NCBI GenBank assembly: GCA_944329395.1
Contig: CALVIF010000001.1
Span: 1-44,920 of the forward strand
DNA length: 44,920 nucleotides
From: an uncultured Bacilli bacterium
GTDB lineage: Bacteria; Bacillota_I; Bacilli_A; RF39; UBA660
Direction of reading: 5' to 3'
Below are positions 27,903-37,165 of the stretch, in pieces. The stretch's first letter is position 1. Each line of letters starts with the position of its first letter. A model generated the notes under the pieces. It did no database searches and was not told the origin of the DNA. It saw only the letters and a program-made list of their open reading frames with translations. The translations under genes were made by a program, and so were the position numbers.

Positions 27903-27928
27903 ATCTCATTTCCTCCTTCACAATTTCT

Positions 27929-28114
27929 TTAGATTAAATTTTTCAATCTATTTTGGTCTGCTTTACTTAAGCTTGACCCTTTTCTATTCTTTCTATTTAC
28001 TGCTGTTGGCTTAGAACCAGTATTATGACGACTTCCTGGTTTTCCAATTTTACAATCATTTTTACGTTTTGTTAAAACTTTTGCTGTTCCTTTATGTGTC
28101 TTAATTTTTGGCAT
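27929..28114 (-). CDS. rpmI: 50S ribosomal protein L35
   Basis: MPKIKTHKGTAK.. and its position between infC and rplT. Confidence 0.95.
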   Translation of the reverse strand: MPKIKTHKGTAKVLTKRKNDCKIGKPGSRHNTGSKPTAVNRKNRKGSSLSKADQNRLKNLI

Positions 28115-28129
28115 ATTTAATTCCTCCTA

Positions 28130-28660
28130 CTATTTATCTTTTTTAGGCACTAACAACATTGTCATTGTTTTACCTTCTAACTTAGGCTTTTGTTCTATAT
28201 CCGCATAATCTGCAACTCTAACTGCAAAACGTTCAAGAACATCTTTTCCTAAATCTGTATGCGCAAGCTGACGTCCTTTAAAACGAACAGTTAATTTTAT
28301 TTTATCTCCTTTTTCAAGATATTTAGTTGCATTTCTAAGTTTTGTTTCGAAATCCCCTACATCAATAACAGGTGACAAACGATATTCTTTAAGTTCAGCC
28401 ATATTAGCTTTTTGTTTTTTTAATGCTTCTTTTTCCTTCTTTTGCTTTTCATAACGATATTTATTATAATCCATTACTTTGCAAACAGGAGGATTCGCAT
28501 TAGGACTAATAAGAACCAAATCAAGTGCGGCATAAGATGCCAAAGTTAGAGCATCCTGAATTGACTTAATTCCAACTTGTTCACCATTTGGACCTATCAC
28601 CAACACCTCTTTAACCTTAATTTGATCATTAATCAACATGTTATTTTTATTGTTTGCGAT
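28130..28660 (-). CDS. infC: translation initiation factor IF-3 (probable non-AUG ATC start)
   Basis: Contains ..INDQIKVKEVLVIGPNGEQVGI... GGAGGTG lies 6 nt upstream of ATC 28658-28660. The next ATG (28639) has no RBS. The track extension to 28720 would cover the RBS and the leader hairpin. Confidence 0.85.
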   Translation of the reverse strand: MANNKNNMLINDQIKVKEVLVIGPNGEQVGIKSIQDALTLASYAALDLVLISPNANPPVCKVMDYNKYRYEKQKKEKEALKKQKANMAELKEYRLSPVIDVGDFETKLRNATKYLEKGDKIKLTVRFKGRQLAHTDLGKDVLERFAVRVADYADIEQKPKLEGKTMTMLLVPKKDK

Positions 28661-28846
28661 AAAAAACACCTCCATAAAATAAGAAAAGCGGATATAGCTA
28701 TATATCCACTTAAACCACAATAAATAAACTACTAAATTATTTATTAGGCATTTGACCCATCGTTATTCACAGATCGGGTGGATATAAATCTCTTTCCTTT
28801 TTCCTTTGACTAGTACAATTATATGCACTAATACACCATTTGTCAA
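28661..28846 (-). promoter_or_regulatory. infC-rpmI-rplT promoter and L20-type leader/attenuator
   Basis: TTGACA (28841-28846)-17-TATAAT (28818-28823). The leader of about 150 nt ends in hairpin GGATATA-TAGC-TATATCC (28690-28707) plus a U-rich tract just before the RBS. Confidence 0.6.
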
Positions 28847-28861
28847 CAATTATTTTATATT

Positions 28862-29662
28862 TTATCTAGTTCTTTCTAAGTTTTTTGTTTTTACATTATA
28901 ACAACCATAATAAAATGCACCTGCAAAATTTCTTCCAGCCTTACTAGCATCGTTTAAACCATATGGACTAGATGCACTATTTGAATAATAATTTGGATTA
29001 GTAATTGTATCTATTGAACTAAAAGTAACATTAGATATGTTTCTTTCACGTAATTCATTAGCAATTACTTTTCGCATATTAATATGGAATAAATTATCAT
29101 CACCCATAGTAATAGCACCATCCCATAAACGTCTATCAGTAGCCCATTTTGGATATGAATCATAAGTCCAACCTGTTCCTGCACATGCACTAATATAAGC
29201 AATAATATCATCATCTTTACAATCATAAGCCTTTTGTAAAGCATCAGCAACCATCATAGGCATTCTCATATCTATCAATTCAGCACTACAATGTGCAATT
29301 GCTGTAACGCCTTGTTTCACATCACTCATCATCACAACAGGACAATCGGCAACTGGATGTCCAATTACAACACCTGGAAGTTTATCAGTTATAACTAAAA
29401 TATCTTCAGGAATATCAGTCCATCCTTTAGGATTAGCTTCAACATAATCACTTGTAATTTCAAAATAAGACCCATCTTTCTTAACTTGATCAGCCATATA
29501 CATTAATTCACCATTAAAGCCATAATGTTCTCCCATTTCCAATCTTCGTCTCATAAAATCTTCTCTAATTTCTTCTTTTGTCATCCAATCTGGATAAAAT
29601 CTCTTAGCAGTATTCATATTACCAAATTTTTTTCCAACATCAACAATTCTTATTTTACTCAT
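28862..29662 (-). CDS. pgeF: YfiH/PgeF-family (laccase-domain, DUF152) protein
   Basis: Contains ..GHPVADCPVV.., ..AIAHCSAE.. and the Cys/His pattern of the family. Confidence 0.75.
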   Translation of the reverse strand: MSKIRIVDVGKKFGNMNTAKRFYPDWMTKEEIREDFMRRRLEMGEHYGFNGELMYMADQVKKDGSYFEITSDYVEANPKGWTDIPEDILVITDKLPGVVIGHPVADCPVVMMSDVKQGVTAIAHCSAELIDMRMPMMVADALQKAYDCKDDDIIAYISACAGTGWTYDSYPKWATDRRLWDGAITMGDDNLFHINMRKVIANELRERNISNVTFSSIDTITNPNYYSNSASSPYGLNDASKAGRNFAGAFYYGCYNVKTKNLERTR

Positions 29663-29715
29663 AATAAAATCCCCCTCAATAATTGCTCATATTATAACAC
29701 ATAAAACATAAAATG

Positions 29716-30453
29716 TCAATTATTAAATCTCCTAGCAAATTTTAATGTTTTACATTTTTTTATATGATATTCTTCACAAGCATTTAAAAAAGCATCAATT
29801 ATTTTTCTCGAATTCTCATCAAAATCGTAACTTATTTCTGGGTGCCATTGTACTCCAATGTTAAAATCATTATCTAAATATTCAATTCCTTCAATAATAC
29901 CATCTTCACTCACTGCACAAACCTTATACAAATTATTTTCTGTAGAATGATAATTATGAAAACTATTAACATCAATCTCTTCTTTACCCAAGATATCATA
30001 TAATTTTGTATTTTTCATTATCATAATTTTGTGAGAAAAACCAAAATCATCATCCTGACAATGATTAATTGATGTATTATTTTTTTCTAACACAACATCC
30101 TTTTTATAGCAACTCAATAACTGCATTCCCAAACATATTCCTAAAACAGGAATATTCTTTTTAATACACATATCCAATAAATATCTATCATAAGGACAAA
30201 ACTTAATTCCCCCTGGAAAGATTATTCCATCACACATATTAAGACTAATATCAATTGTATTCATCTCTTCAAATGTTAACTCTTTAAAATCAGACCCTTT
30301 AGTATTCATATAATCAACATCTTGTACTGGCGCAATTGGTAATACATATCCACCAGCTTTCTGAACTGTTCTTCTTAATTTCTCACTCAAATATGTAATA
30401 CAACGCCCATCGCCTAATTTCTGATACCTAAGCGGAACACCTATAACTTGCAT
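29716..30453 (-). CDS. peptidase C26 / gamma-glutamyl hydrolase-type class I glutamine amidotransferase
   Basis: Contains ..PVLGICLGMQLL.., ..GVQWHPE... ATG 30453 has AGAGGTGA 5 nt upstream. Confidence 0.8.
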   Translation of the reverse strand: MQVIGVPLRYQKLGDGRCITYLSEKLRRTVQKAGGYVLPIAPVQDVDYMNTKGSDFKELTFEEMNTIDISLNMCDGIIFPGGIKFCPYDRYLLDMCIKKNIPVLGICLGMQLLSCYKKDVVLEKNNTSINHCQDDDFGFSHKIMIMKNTKLYDILGKEEIDVNSFHNYHSTENNLYKVCAVSEDGIIEGIEYLDNDFNIGVQWHPEISYDFDENSRKIIDAFLNACEEYHIKKCKTLKFARRFNN

Positions 30454-30647
30454 TAATATCACCTCTACATTAATTATATAGTCAAAATAAATAAGAAAGC
30501 AAACAAAAATCTTAAATAAATACTTTTGATTATGTTAGAAAATTAACTTCATTTGCCAACAACGCATAAATTAATCATTACAATATTTATAAAAGTATTA
30601 TGCCCAAATCTTAATAAAAAAGATAGAAAAAATTTCCATCTTTATTT

Positions 30648-31103
30648 TTAATTAATCAAATTAAATGTACTGTTAGCTTCCATTAAAGGTCTTATATGTT
30701 CAACAAGTCCATCTTTATCTTTACCAATTAATCTAGCTAATTTAGATGCAATCAAATTAGTCTCATGATCACCTTTTAAAACAAAATCAACAATTGAGTC
30801 TTTAAGACCTAATTTAGTTTTTGCTAAACTTAATATTAAAGCTTTATTTTTAATTATCAAGGTTGCCTCTGCCAAATCGTAAATTCCATTATTATCAAAC
30901 ATACTTGTATCCTTATACCCCTTAAATAAAGTATCTTGTTCTTCCATTCCAAGTTTTTTAGCAATTCCATAAGCTAATGCTAATTCTCTTCTTTCAATAA
31001 GTGACTTATTCAAATATTCTTCCTCCGAAAGTCCCAATTTATCTTTCACTATCATATAAGCTTCCCGTTCATTTGGAAAATCAACAACCTCTTCAAATCT
31101 CAT
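30648..31103 (-). CDS. hypothetical 151-aa protein, translationally coupled to glyQS
   Basis: The ATG is 13 nt after the glyQS stop, with AAGGGGA as RBS. No family recognised. Confidence 0.6.
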   Translation of the reverse strand: MRFEEVVDFPNEREAYMIVKDKLGLSEEEYLNKSLIERRELALAYGIAKKLGMEEQDTLFKGYKDTSMFDNNGIYDLAEATLIIKNKALILSLAKTKLGLKDSIVDFVLKGDHETNLIASKLARLIGKDKDGLVEHIRPLMEANSTFNLIN

Positions 31104-31116
31104 AAATCACATCCCC

Positions 31117-32496
31117 TTAAAATTTTATTCTCTCTTCAATATAATTTCTAACTTCTTCAATTTTTAAAACTACTTGTTGCATTGTATCACGATCTCGTAA
31201 TGTAACTGTTCCATTATTAATTGTTTCATCATCAACTGTAATACAATATGGCGTTCCAATAGCATCTTGTCTTCTATAACGCTTACCAATCGATGCAGTT
31301 TCATCATAAGCTATCATAAAGTCTTTACTTAAAGCTTGATAAATCTCTCTAGCCTTATCACTATGATACTTCTTATTTAATGGTAATACTGCAGCTTTAT
31401 AAGGAGCTAAATATGGAAGTATTCTTAAGATTTCTCTTGTTTCTCCATTTTCTAATTCCTCATTTTCATAAGCATTACAAAGAAAAGCCAAAACCGTTCT
31501 ATCCAAACCTAATGATGGCTCAACTACATAAGGTATATATCTCTCATTAGTTTCAGGATCCAAATATCTCAAATCAGCACCAGAATGTTCAATGTGAACA
31601 GATAAATCATAATCAGTACGATCTGCTATTCCCCATAATTCACCCCAACCCATTGGATATAAAAATTCAATATCAGTTGTTGCTTTACTATAAAAAGATA
31701 ACTCTTCTTTAGCATGATCGCGATATCTTAAGTTTTCATCTTTAATACCTAAACTTTTTAACCAATCAATACAGTAATTCTTCCAATAGTTAAACCACTC
31801 TAAATCAGTATTTGGTTTACAAAAAAATTCAAGTTCCATTTGTTCAAATTCTCTTGTACGAAATGTAAAGTTTCCAGGTGTAATTTCATTTCTAAATGAC
31901 TTACCAGTTTGTCCTATACCAAATGGTACTTTAGCACGCATTGTTCTTTGAACATTTAAAAAATTAACAAAAATTCCTTGAGCAGTTTCTCCACGAAGAT
32001 AAACTTTACTTTTTGTATCTTCAGTAACTCCCTGGTTAGTTTCAAATAATAAATTAAATTTTCTAATAGGAGTAAAGTCTTCAGCCCCACATTTAGGACA
32101 AGCTATATGATTTTCTGAAATAAATTTTTCAATTTTTTCATTTTCCCATCCATCACCAGTTTCTTCTCCCTTAGTAAATTCCTCAATCAATTTATCAGCA
32201 CGATGACGACTCTTACATTTTTTACAATCAATCAAAGGATCGTTAAAATTAGTAACGTGACCACTTGCTACCCAAACTTCGGGATTCATTAAAATAGCCG
32301 CATCTAATCCATAATTATAAGGATTTTCTTGAATAAACTTTTTCCACCAAGCACGGCGAACATTTTCTTTTAATTCTCTTCCTAATGGACCATAATCCCA
32401 AGTATTAGCAAGTCCACCATATATTTCACTACCTTGAAATATAAAACCATACTGTTTACAATAATTAACTAACTTTTCCATTGTTAATTTTTCCAT
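31117..32496 (-). CDS. glyQS: glycine--tRNA ligase (single-chain alpha2 type)
   Basis: Contains ..[23 protein letters not shown].., ..[25 protein letters not shown]... 459 aa. Confidence 0.97.
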   Translation of the reverse strand: MEKLTMEKLVNYCKQYGFIFQGSEIYGGLANTWDYGPLGRELKENVRRAWWKKFIQENPYNYGLDAAILMNPEVWVASGHVTNFNDPLIDCKKCKSRHRADKLIEEFTKGEETGDGWENEKIEKFISENHIACPKCGAEDFTPIRKFNLLFETNQGVTEDTKSKVYLRGETAQGIFVNFLNVQRTMRAKVPFGIGQTGKSFRNEITPGNFTFRTREFEQMELEFFCKPNTDLEWFNYWKNYCIDWLKSLGIKDENLRYRDHAKEELSFYSKATTDIEFLYPMGWGELWGIADRTDYDLSVHIEHSGADLRYLDPETNERYIPYVVEPSLGLDRTVLAFLCNAYENEELENGETREILRILPYLAPYKAAVLPLNKKYHSDKAREIYQALSKDFMIAYDETASIGKRYRRQDAIGTPYCITVDDETINNGTVTLRDRDTMQQVVLKIEEVRNYIEERIKF

Positions 32497-33303
32497 TTAA
32501 AATCCCTCCATTTTTAACTGTAATACTTTATCATTATTAAGCTTATTTTCTCTAACTAAATCATTATGCTTTTTTATCAAACTAGTAGCATAAGGAACTA
32601 ACATAGTTGGTATATGAACTTTTCTCTTATCACCTAAATCAGAAATAGTAAATTGATTTCCTGTATATGCGTCCCCCTCACTATTCAATTCATCATAAAT
32701 TTGAACATACTTAGAATCAAATACATAAGATAAAACATTATCTAAAAATACAAGTTCTGAATCAACTAATTTTTTATTTCTTCCAACTGTCTTTTCCAGT
32801 GCCAAACCAAAATTTATTATGGAATTAGATTCCCCTTCATAATAAGTTTTTCCAGCTTCACATCTAAAGAAAATATCACAAGTATCATCTATTTCCAAAT
32901 TACTTAAAAACCTATCTCTATCAATTTTATATTTTTCAAAAACTTGAGAAATAAACTCTTGACTAATACCTTTACCAAGTCTTAATCTTCTCTTATTACC
33001 ACAATAATCAATTCCATCAATAATTAAAAAACTTTTTTTATCAATTAAAACTGAATCAGATATTCCAGTTATCATATCATAATCTAAAAAATAATCTATT
33101 ACTTTAGATATTTGTTCATTATCATCTAAATTAGCAATTTGACTAGATATTGGATTATCTAATCCCTTAAACATTTCTCTTCCATAATCAATTCTTATAA
33201 GCTTTCCTCTTAAATCAACTCTTTGTACTACAATATTATTTTTAAAAATAGTTAATAAATTATAATAATTTGAATCAAGTGCTCGTAATCCTGAAATTTC
33301 CAT
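32497..33303 (-). CDS. hypothetical 268-aa protein between the T-box leader and glyQS
   Basis: AGGAGG lies 6 nt upstream of ATG 33303. Its stop codon abuts the glyQS ATG (TAAATG). No family recognised. Confidence 0.65.
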   Translation of the reverse strand: MEISGLRALDSNYYNLLTIFKNNIVVQRVDLRGKLIRIDYGREMFKGLDNPISSQIANLDDNEQISKVIDYFLDYDMITGISDSVLIDKKSFLIIDGIDYCGNKRRLRLGKGISQEFISQVFEKYKIDRDRFLSNLEIDDTCDIFFRCEAGKTYYEGESNSIINFGLALEKTVGRNKKLVDSELVFLDNVLSYVFDSKYVQIYDELNSEGDAYTGNQFTISDLGDKRKVHIPTMLVPYATSLIKKHNDLVRENKLNNDKVLQLKMEGF

Positions 33304-33474
33304 AAAACCTCCTAAAATAAAAAACTTCTAGAATATATGCAAGGACGAATATAAATCCGCGGTTCCACCTTACTTATTCTAGAAGAATCAACTTAAAATT
33401 ATACTGCTAACAGCTTTCCACACTGGTCATCACACATATACCAATAATATACTAATAATTAAAAAAGTTGTCAA
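33304..33474 (-). promoter_or_regulatory. T-box leader (tRNA-Gly-type discriminator pairing) with promoter-like motif and terminator
   Basis: The T-box core GGUGGAACCGCGG is at 33357-33369. Terminator arms are 33325-33344 / 33368-33385 plus U6. TTGACA (33469-33474)-17-TATATT (33446-33451). Stem I could not be fully traced. Confidence 0.7.
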
Positions 33475-33476
33475 TA

Positions 33477-33501
33477 CTATCTTTATCTATCTTTATCTAT
33501 C
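33477..33501. repeat. 2.5 copies of a 10-bp tandem repeat (ctatctttat)
   Basis: Read directly from the sequence. It lies between the recO stop and the promoter-like motif. Confidence 0.8.
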
Positions 33502-33521
33502 ATAACAAATATAATTATTTC

Positions 33522-34271
33522 CTATATATTCATTTGGTTTATTTTCTTTATAAATTCTCTACTCTTTAAATAAATTCCAGTATATCGTTCATAATATTGT
33601 TCTAAAAACATCGAAATATCATGACTAACTACATTTGAAATTTCCAATTTTGTAATACTTTTAACATCAACATAATAAAGTATTCTAATCATTTTAATAG
33701 TTTTTTCATCAACTAACCCTTCATTTCTATAGCAATTCCTACATACATATCCACCAGCATCAGCAGATAAAGTAATAATTTGTTTAGTACTTCCACAATT
33801 ACTACAAAAATCCAAACATGGACCAACACCTAAAAAATTCAATAATTTTAATTGTAAAATATCAGTTAATGACGATGGATTAAAACCACTATCTAATTTT
33901 TCTAATACGTCACACAATAATGTTAATATTTCAGAATCATTATTCTGTCTAACAACTTGCAACACTAAATCAATCATAAAAGATGCATAACTTATTCTTT
34001 CTAAATCCATCATAATATTAGAAAAAGAATTAATTAAATCAACGCTAATTAAAGTAGATATACCATTTGGCTTAAAATAAACATTAAATTTACCATATAT
34101 AAATTTACAACTTACACCACGCAACTTACTCTTAACATTGCGACACCCTTTAGACATGATTCCAATAAGACCATAATCTTTTGTTAATACATTAAGAATT
34201 TTACTAGATTCACCATAGTTAGTCTCACTTAAAACAATTCCTTCAAAACTCTCTATCTTCAATAAAATCAC
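33522..34271 (-). CDS. recO: DNA repair protein RecO
   Basis: Zn-finger CSNCGS..C..C, an OB-fold N-terminus, and a position downstream of era/yqzL. The GTG start overlaps the yqzL stop (GTGA). Confidence 0.9.
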   Translation of the reverse strand: MILLKIESFEGIVLSETNYGESSKILNVLTKDYGLIGIMSKGCRNVKSKLRGVSCKFIYGKFNVYFKPNGISTLISVDLINSFSNIMMDLERISYASFMIDLVLQVVRQNNDSEILTLLCDVLEKLDSGFNPSSLTDILQLKLLNFLGVGPCLDFCSNCGSTKQIITLSADAGGYVCRNCYRNEGLVDEKTIKMIRILYYVDVKSITKLEISNVVSHDISMFLEQYYERYTGIYLKSREFIKKINQMNI

Positions 34272-34351
34272 TTCTTTTTTATTTTTTGTAATAAATTATA
34301 ATACTTAATATCTCCAGTTTTTTTAAATAAATCCCATAAAACATCTATCAT
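34268..34351 (-). CDS. yqzL: YqzL-family small protein (27 aa), absent from the ORF track
   Basis: MIDVLWDLFKKTGDIKYYNLLQKIKKK. AGAGGTGA lies 4-5 nt upstream. The W..F..TG.I..Y.LL pattern and the position between era and recO match Bacillus yqzL. Confidence 0.65.
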   Translation of the reverse strand: MIDVLWDLFKKTGDIKYYNLLQKIKKK

Positions 34352-34407
34352 AAAATCACCTCTACTAATATAATGATGATTTTATCAAATTATTATACAA
34401 TTATTTT

Positions 34408-35298
34408 TTATTCATCTATATCCTTAAGACCAAGTTCCAAAAAATATTTTTCTTGATCTCGCCAATTTTTTAAAGTTTTAACATAAGTCTGCAAAAAAAC
34501 TTTTTTTCCTAAAAATTTCTCCATATCAATTCTGGCTCTAGAACCAATCTCTTTTAACATCAACCCATTTTTACCAATAATAATTTTTTTCAAATTATCA
34601 CGATCTACTACAATCAAAACTTGAATATTAACTAAATTTTCCTCTTCTTCATAGTTTTCAACATAACAAGTAACTGTATGTGGAATTTCATCATGAGTAA
34701 GTTCCATCACTTTTTCACGCACAAATTCACTCATAATAAAACGCATACTAACATTAGTAAGCTCATCATCTGAATAAATTGCATCACTATCAGGTAATTG
34801 CTTCTTTATACATTTTACAAGTACATCAATATTATCTTTTTTTATAGCTGATATCGGAATAATCTCTGCAAAATCATATATTTCTTTTAATTTAGAAATC
34901 CTCTCCAATAAAATCTCTTTATTTTGAATTTGATCAATTTTATTCAATAATAAAAATATTGGTATACCTTTATCTTTTATTTTATTAAGAACAAACTCAT
35001 CACCTTTACCAAAACCTTTTGAAATATCAACTAAAAATAAGATAACATCAACACCCTCAACCGAATTATAAGCTTTTTTATTTAAAAGAGTTCCAAGCTT
35101 ATGCGTCGGTTTATGAATTCCTGGTGTATCTACAAATATAATTTGAGAATCAGAATCATTATAAATTCCTTGAATAATATTTCTAGTAGTACCACTAACA
35201 TTTGAAGTAATAGCTAACTTTGTTCCAATTAAACTATTAAGAAGTGTGCTCTTTCCAACATTAGGTCGACCAACTAAACTAACAAAACCGCACCTCAT
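34408..35298 (-). CDS. era: GTPase Era
   Basis: Contains ..GFVSLVGRPNVGKSTLLN.., ..DTPGIH.., ..NKID.. and a KH domain at the C-terminus. Confidence 0.97.
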   Translation of the reverse strand: MRCGFVSLVGRPNVGKSTLLNSLIGTKLAITSNVSGTTRNIIQGIYNDSDSQIIFVDTPGIHKPTHKLGTLLNKKAYNSVEGVDVILFLVDISKGFGKGDEFVLNKIKDKGIPIFLLLNKIDQIQNKEILLERISKLKEIYDFAEIIPISAIKKDNIDVLVKCIKKQLPDSDAIYSDDELTNVSMRFIMSEFVREKVMELTHDEIPHTVTCYVENYEEEENLVNIQVLIVVDRDNLKKIIIGKNGLMLKEIGSRARIDMEKFLGKKVFLQTYVKTLKNWRDQEKYFLELGLKDIDE

Positions 35299-35684
35299 TA
35301 TTGCAAATCCTCACTATCAAAAGGATATGGACAAAGAGCAGAAACCTCATATTCCCTATATTCACCACTTGTAGACCACACTCTAATAATTGCATCTTTA
35401 TCAAAAAATTCTGTAATTACCTGTCTACATATAAAACAAGGCATTCCTATTTTACCACTAGCAACCATTACATTTAATTCCTTAAATTGCCCTTTTTTAT
35501 ATCCCGCACTTACAGCCGAAACAATAGCAGATCTTTCTGCACAAATTCCAGCACCATAACTAGCATTTTCAACATTAACACCTTTAAATTCACAACCATC
35601 ATCCATAACTAGAACTGCAGAAACAGCATAATTAGAATAAGGAGAATAACTATTTTTATGTAATTCTAATAATTTTTCTTTCAT
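35298..35684 (-). CDS. cdd: cytidine deaminase
   Basis: Contains ..CAERSAI.. and ..PCFICRQ.. zinc ligands. 128 aa. Confidence 0.92.
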   Translation of the reverse strand: MKEKLLELHKNSYSPYSNYAVSAVLVMDDGCEFKGVNVENASYGAGICAERSAIVSAVSAGYKKGQFKELNVMVASGKIGMPCFICRQVITEFFDKDAIIRVWSTSGEYREYEVSALCPYPFDSEDLQ

Positions 35685-36109
35685 TATAAAATCCCTCCTA
35701 TAAACACAATAATCTTAGGTATAAATATAACAAGACCTATAATTGCTGATAAAATAGCCATCATCAATACTCCTGCACTAGCTGTATCTTTAGCAGCCTT
35801 TGCTAATGGATGAATATTAGGAGAAGCCAAATCAACAACATATTCAATGGCCGTATTAAAAAATTCAGCCATAAGTACAAAACCAATTAACACTAAACAA
35901 ACCAACCATTCACCATAGCTTATTTTAAATAAAAATCCAAAAATAATAACACATAAAGCCATAAATGTATGTATTTTAATATTTTGTTCCCTTCTATAAG
36001 TTGCCTCTATACCACTAAAAGCAGCCTTAAAACTTCTACCCAATCTCTTAAAATCAAGCTTGTTATCAAATACAATTTTTCTTCTTCTAAACTTATCTAG
36101 TAATGCCAT
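35684..36109 (-). CDS. dgkA: diacylglycerol/undecaprenol kinase
   Basis: 3-TM protein with ..REQNIKIH.. and ..EFFNTAIE.. motifs, in the conserved position. Confidence 0.85.
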   Translation of the reverse strand: MALLDKFRRRKIVFDNKLDFKRLGRSFKAAFSGIEATYRREQNIKIHTFMALCVIIFGFLFKISYGEWLVCLVLIGFVLMAEFFNTAIEYVVDLASPNIHPLAKAAKDTASAGVLMMAILSAIIGLVIFIPKIIVFIGGIL

Positions 36110-36542
36110 ATATCAAAAGAACCTCCTCTTGTTTTTGAAACATTATTTCCTCATCTTCCTTACACATATGATCATATCCTAATAAATGATAAAAACCATG
36201 TACTGCCAAAAATGCAAGTTCTCTCAATAAACTATGTTGAAACTCTAATGATTGACTTCTAGCTTTATCAATAGATATATAAATATCCCCAAGAATTCTC
36301 TCGTCTCCTCCAACAATTAAAGTATCATCATCTTCTAAGGCAAAAGTAATAACATCTGTTTCTCTATCGATATTTCTATATTTAAAATTAAGTTCATGAA
36401 TATATTCATTATCTACAATAATTAAATTAAACGAAGTGTTCTCAAGCTTTTCTTTTTCCATTGCTTTATATAAAACTTTTTCAACCTCATTAAGTTCTAT
36501 AATATCTTCTCCAACCTGATTAAAAATTTCAATCTTATTCAT
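36093..36542 (-). CDS. ybeY: rRNA maturation endoribonuclease YbeY
   Basis: Contains ..AVHGFYHLLGYDH... Confidence 0.93.
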   Translation of the reverse strand: MNKIEIFNQVGEDIIELNEVEKVLYKAMEKEKLENTSFNLIIVDNEYIHELNFKYRNIDRETDVITFALEDDDTLIVGGDERILGDIYISIDKARSQSLEFQHSLLRELAFLAVHGFYHLLGYDHMCKEDEEIMFQKQEEVLLIYGITR

Positions 36543-36552
36543 TAAACTCCTC

Positions 36553-37161
36553 CTACATCAATACAATAATAACAAAAATAAGTATTATTAATGCCAAAAT
36601 ATTTAAAATTAAATCATTTTTAAATAATTTAGGCAACCTATACCATAACTTATCTATAAGAAAATAAATAAAAAATCCCAAACATCCCCCTAAAAGATTA
36701 AGCAGTATATCATCTACATCAAACACTCTTCCAATGACTAGTTGAACTGTTTCAATTGAAATAGATGCAATTAAAGTTAATATACATGACACACTCAATT
36801 TTTTATTACGTAATAAATAACTAGCAAAAAAACCGTATGGCAAAAACAATAACATATTTCCTAAAACATTTTTTAAAAATAAACGGCTACCAATATTATA
36901 ACGCAGTATTTCTTGAAAAGGAATAAAATTATTTGTAGACCATGAAACATCATCTTGAAATGTAACTACTTGAAACAAACACATAATATAAATAACAAAA
37001 CTTAACATTAAAAGTTCTTCATAAAATACAAACCTTTTCTCATTTTTATATTTAAAAATATAACCTACCCTAAGCGATATTAATATAATAGATGAAATAA
37101 GTATCATTGGCCACGTAGAATTAACAACCCCCTGTATTGTCCTCGTTAATGGTTCAAACAC
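36553..37161 (-). CDS. VanZ-family membrane protein
   Basis: Contains ..NVLGNMLLFLPYGFF.. and ..DVDDILLNLLGGCLGFFIY... Confidence 0.75.
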   Translation of the reverse strand: MFEPLTRTIQGVVNSTWPMILISSIILISLRVGYIFKYKNEKRFVFYEELLMLSFVIYIMCLFQVVTFQDDVSWSTNNFIPFQEILRYNIGSRLFLKNVLGNMLLFLPYGFFASYLLRNKKLSVSCILTLIASISIETVQLVIGRVFDVDDILLNLLGGCLGFFIYFLIDKLWYRLPKLFKNDLILNILALIILIFVIIVLM

Positions 37162-37165
37162 ATAA

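Noticed and set aside
28661-28720. ATG 28720 as the infC start (MWFKWIYSYIRFSYFMEVFF..)
   Set aside because: It would translate through the leader hairpin and the GGAGGTG RBS. The sequence is not IF3-like, and IF3 homology begins at ..NNKNNMLINDQIKVKEV...
29065-29250. Minus-strand 61-aa ORF in another frame of pgeF
   Set aside because: It is an alternative frame inside a well-supported CDS.
33477-33501. Tandem repeat as a CRISPR or minisatellite array
   Set aside because: There are only 2.5 copies of a 10-bp unit with no spacers. No CRISPR-like repeat-spacer structure was seen anywhere in the window.
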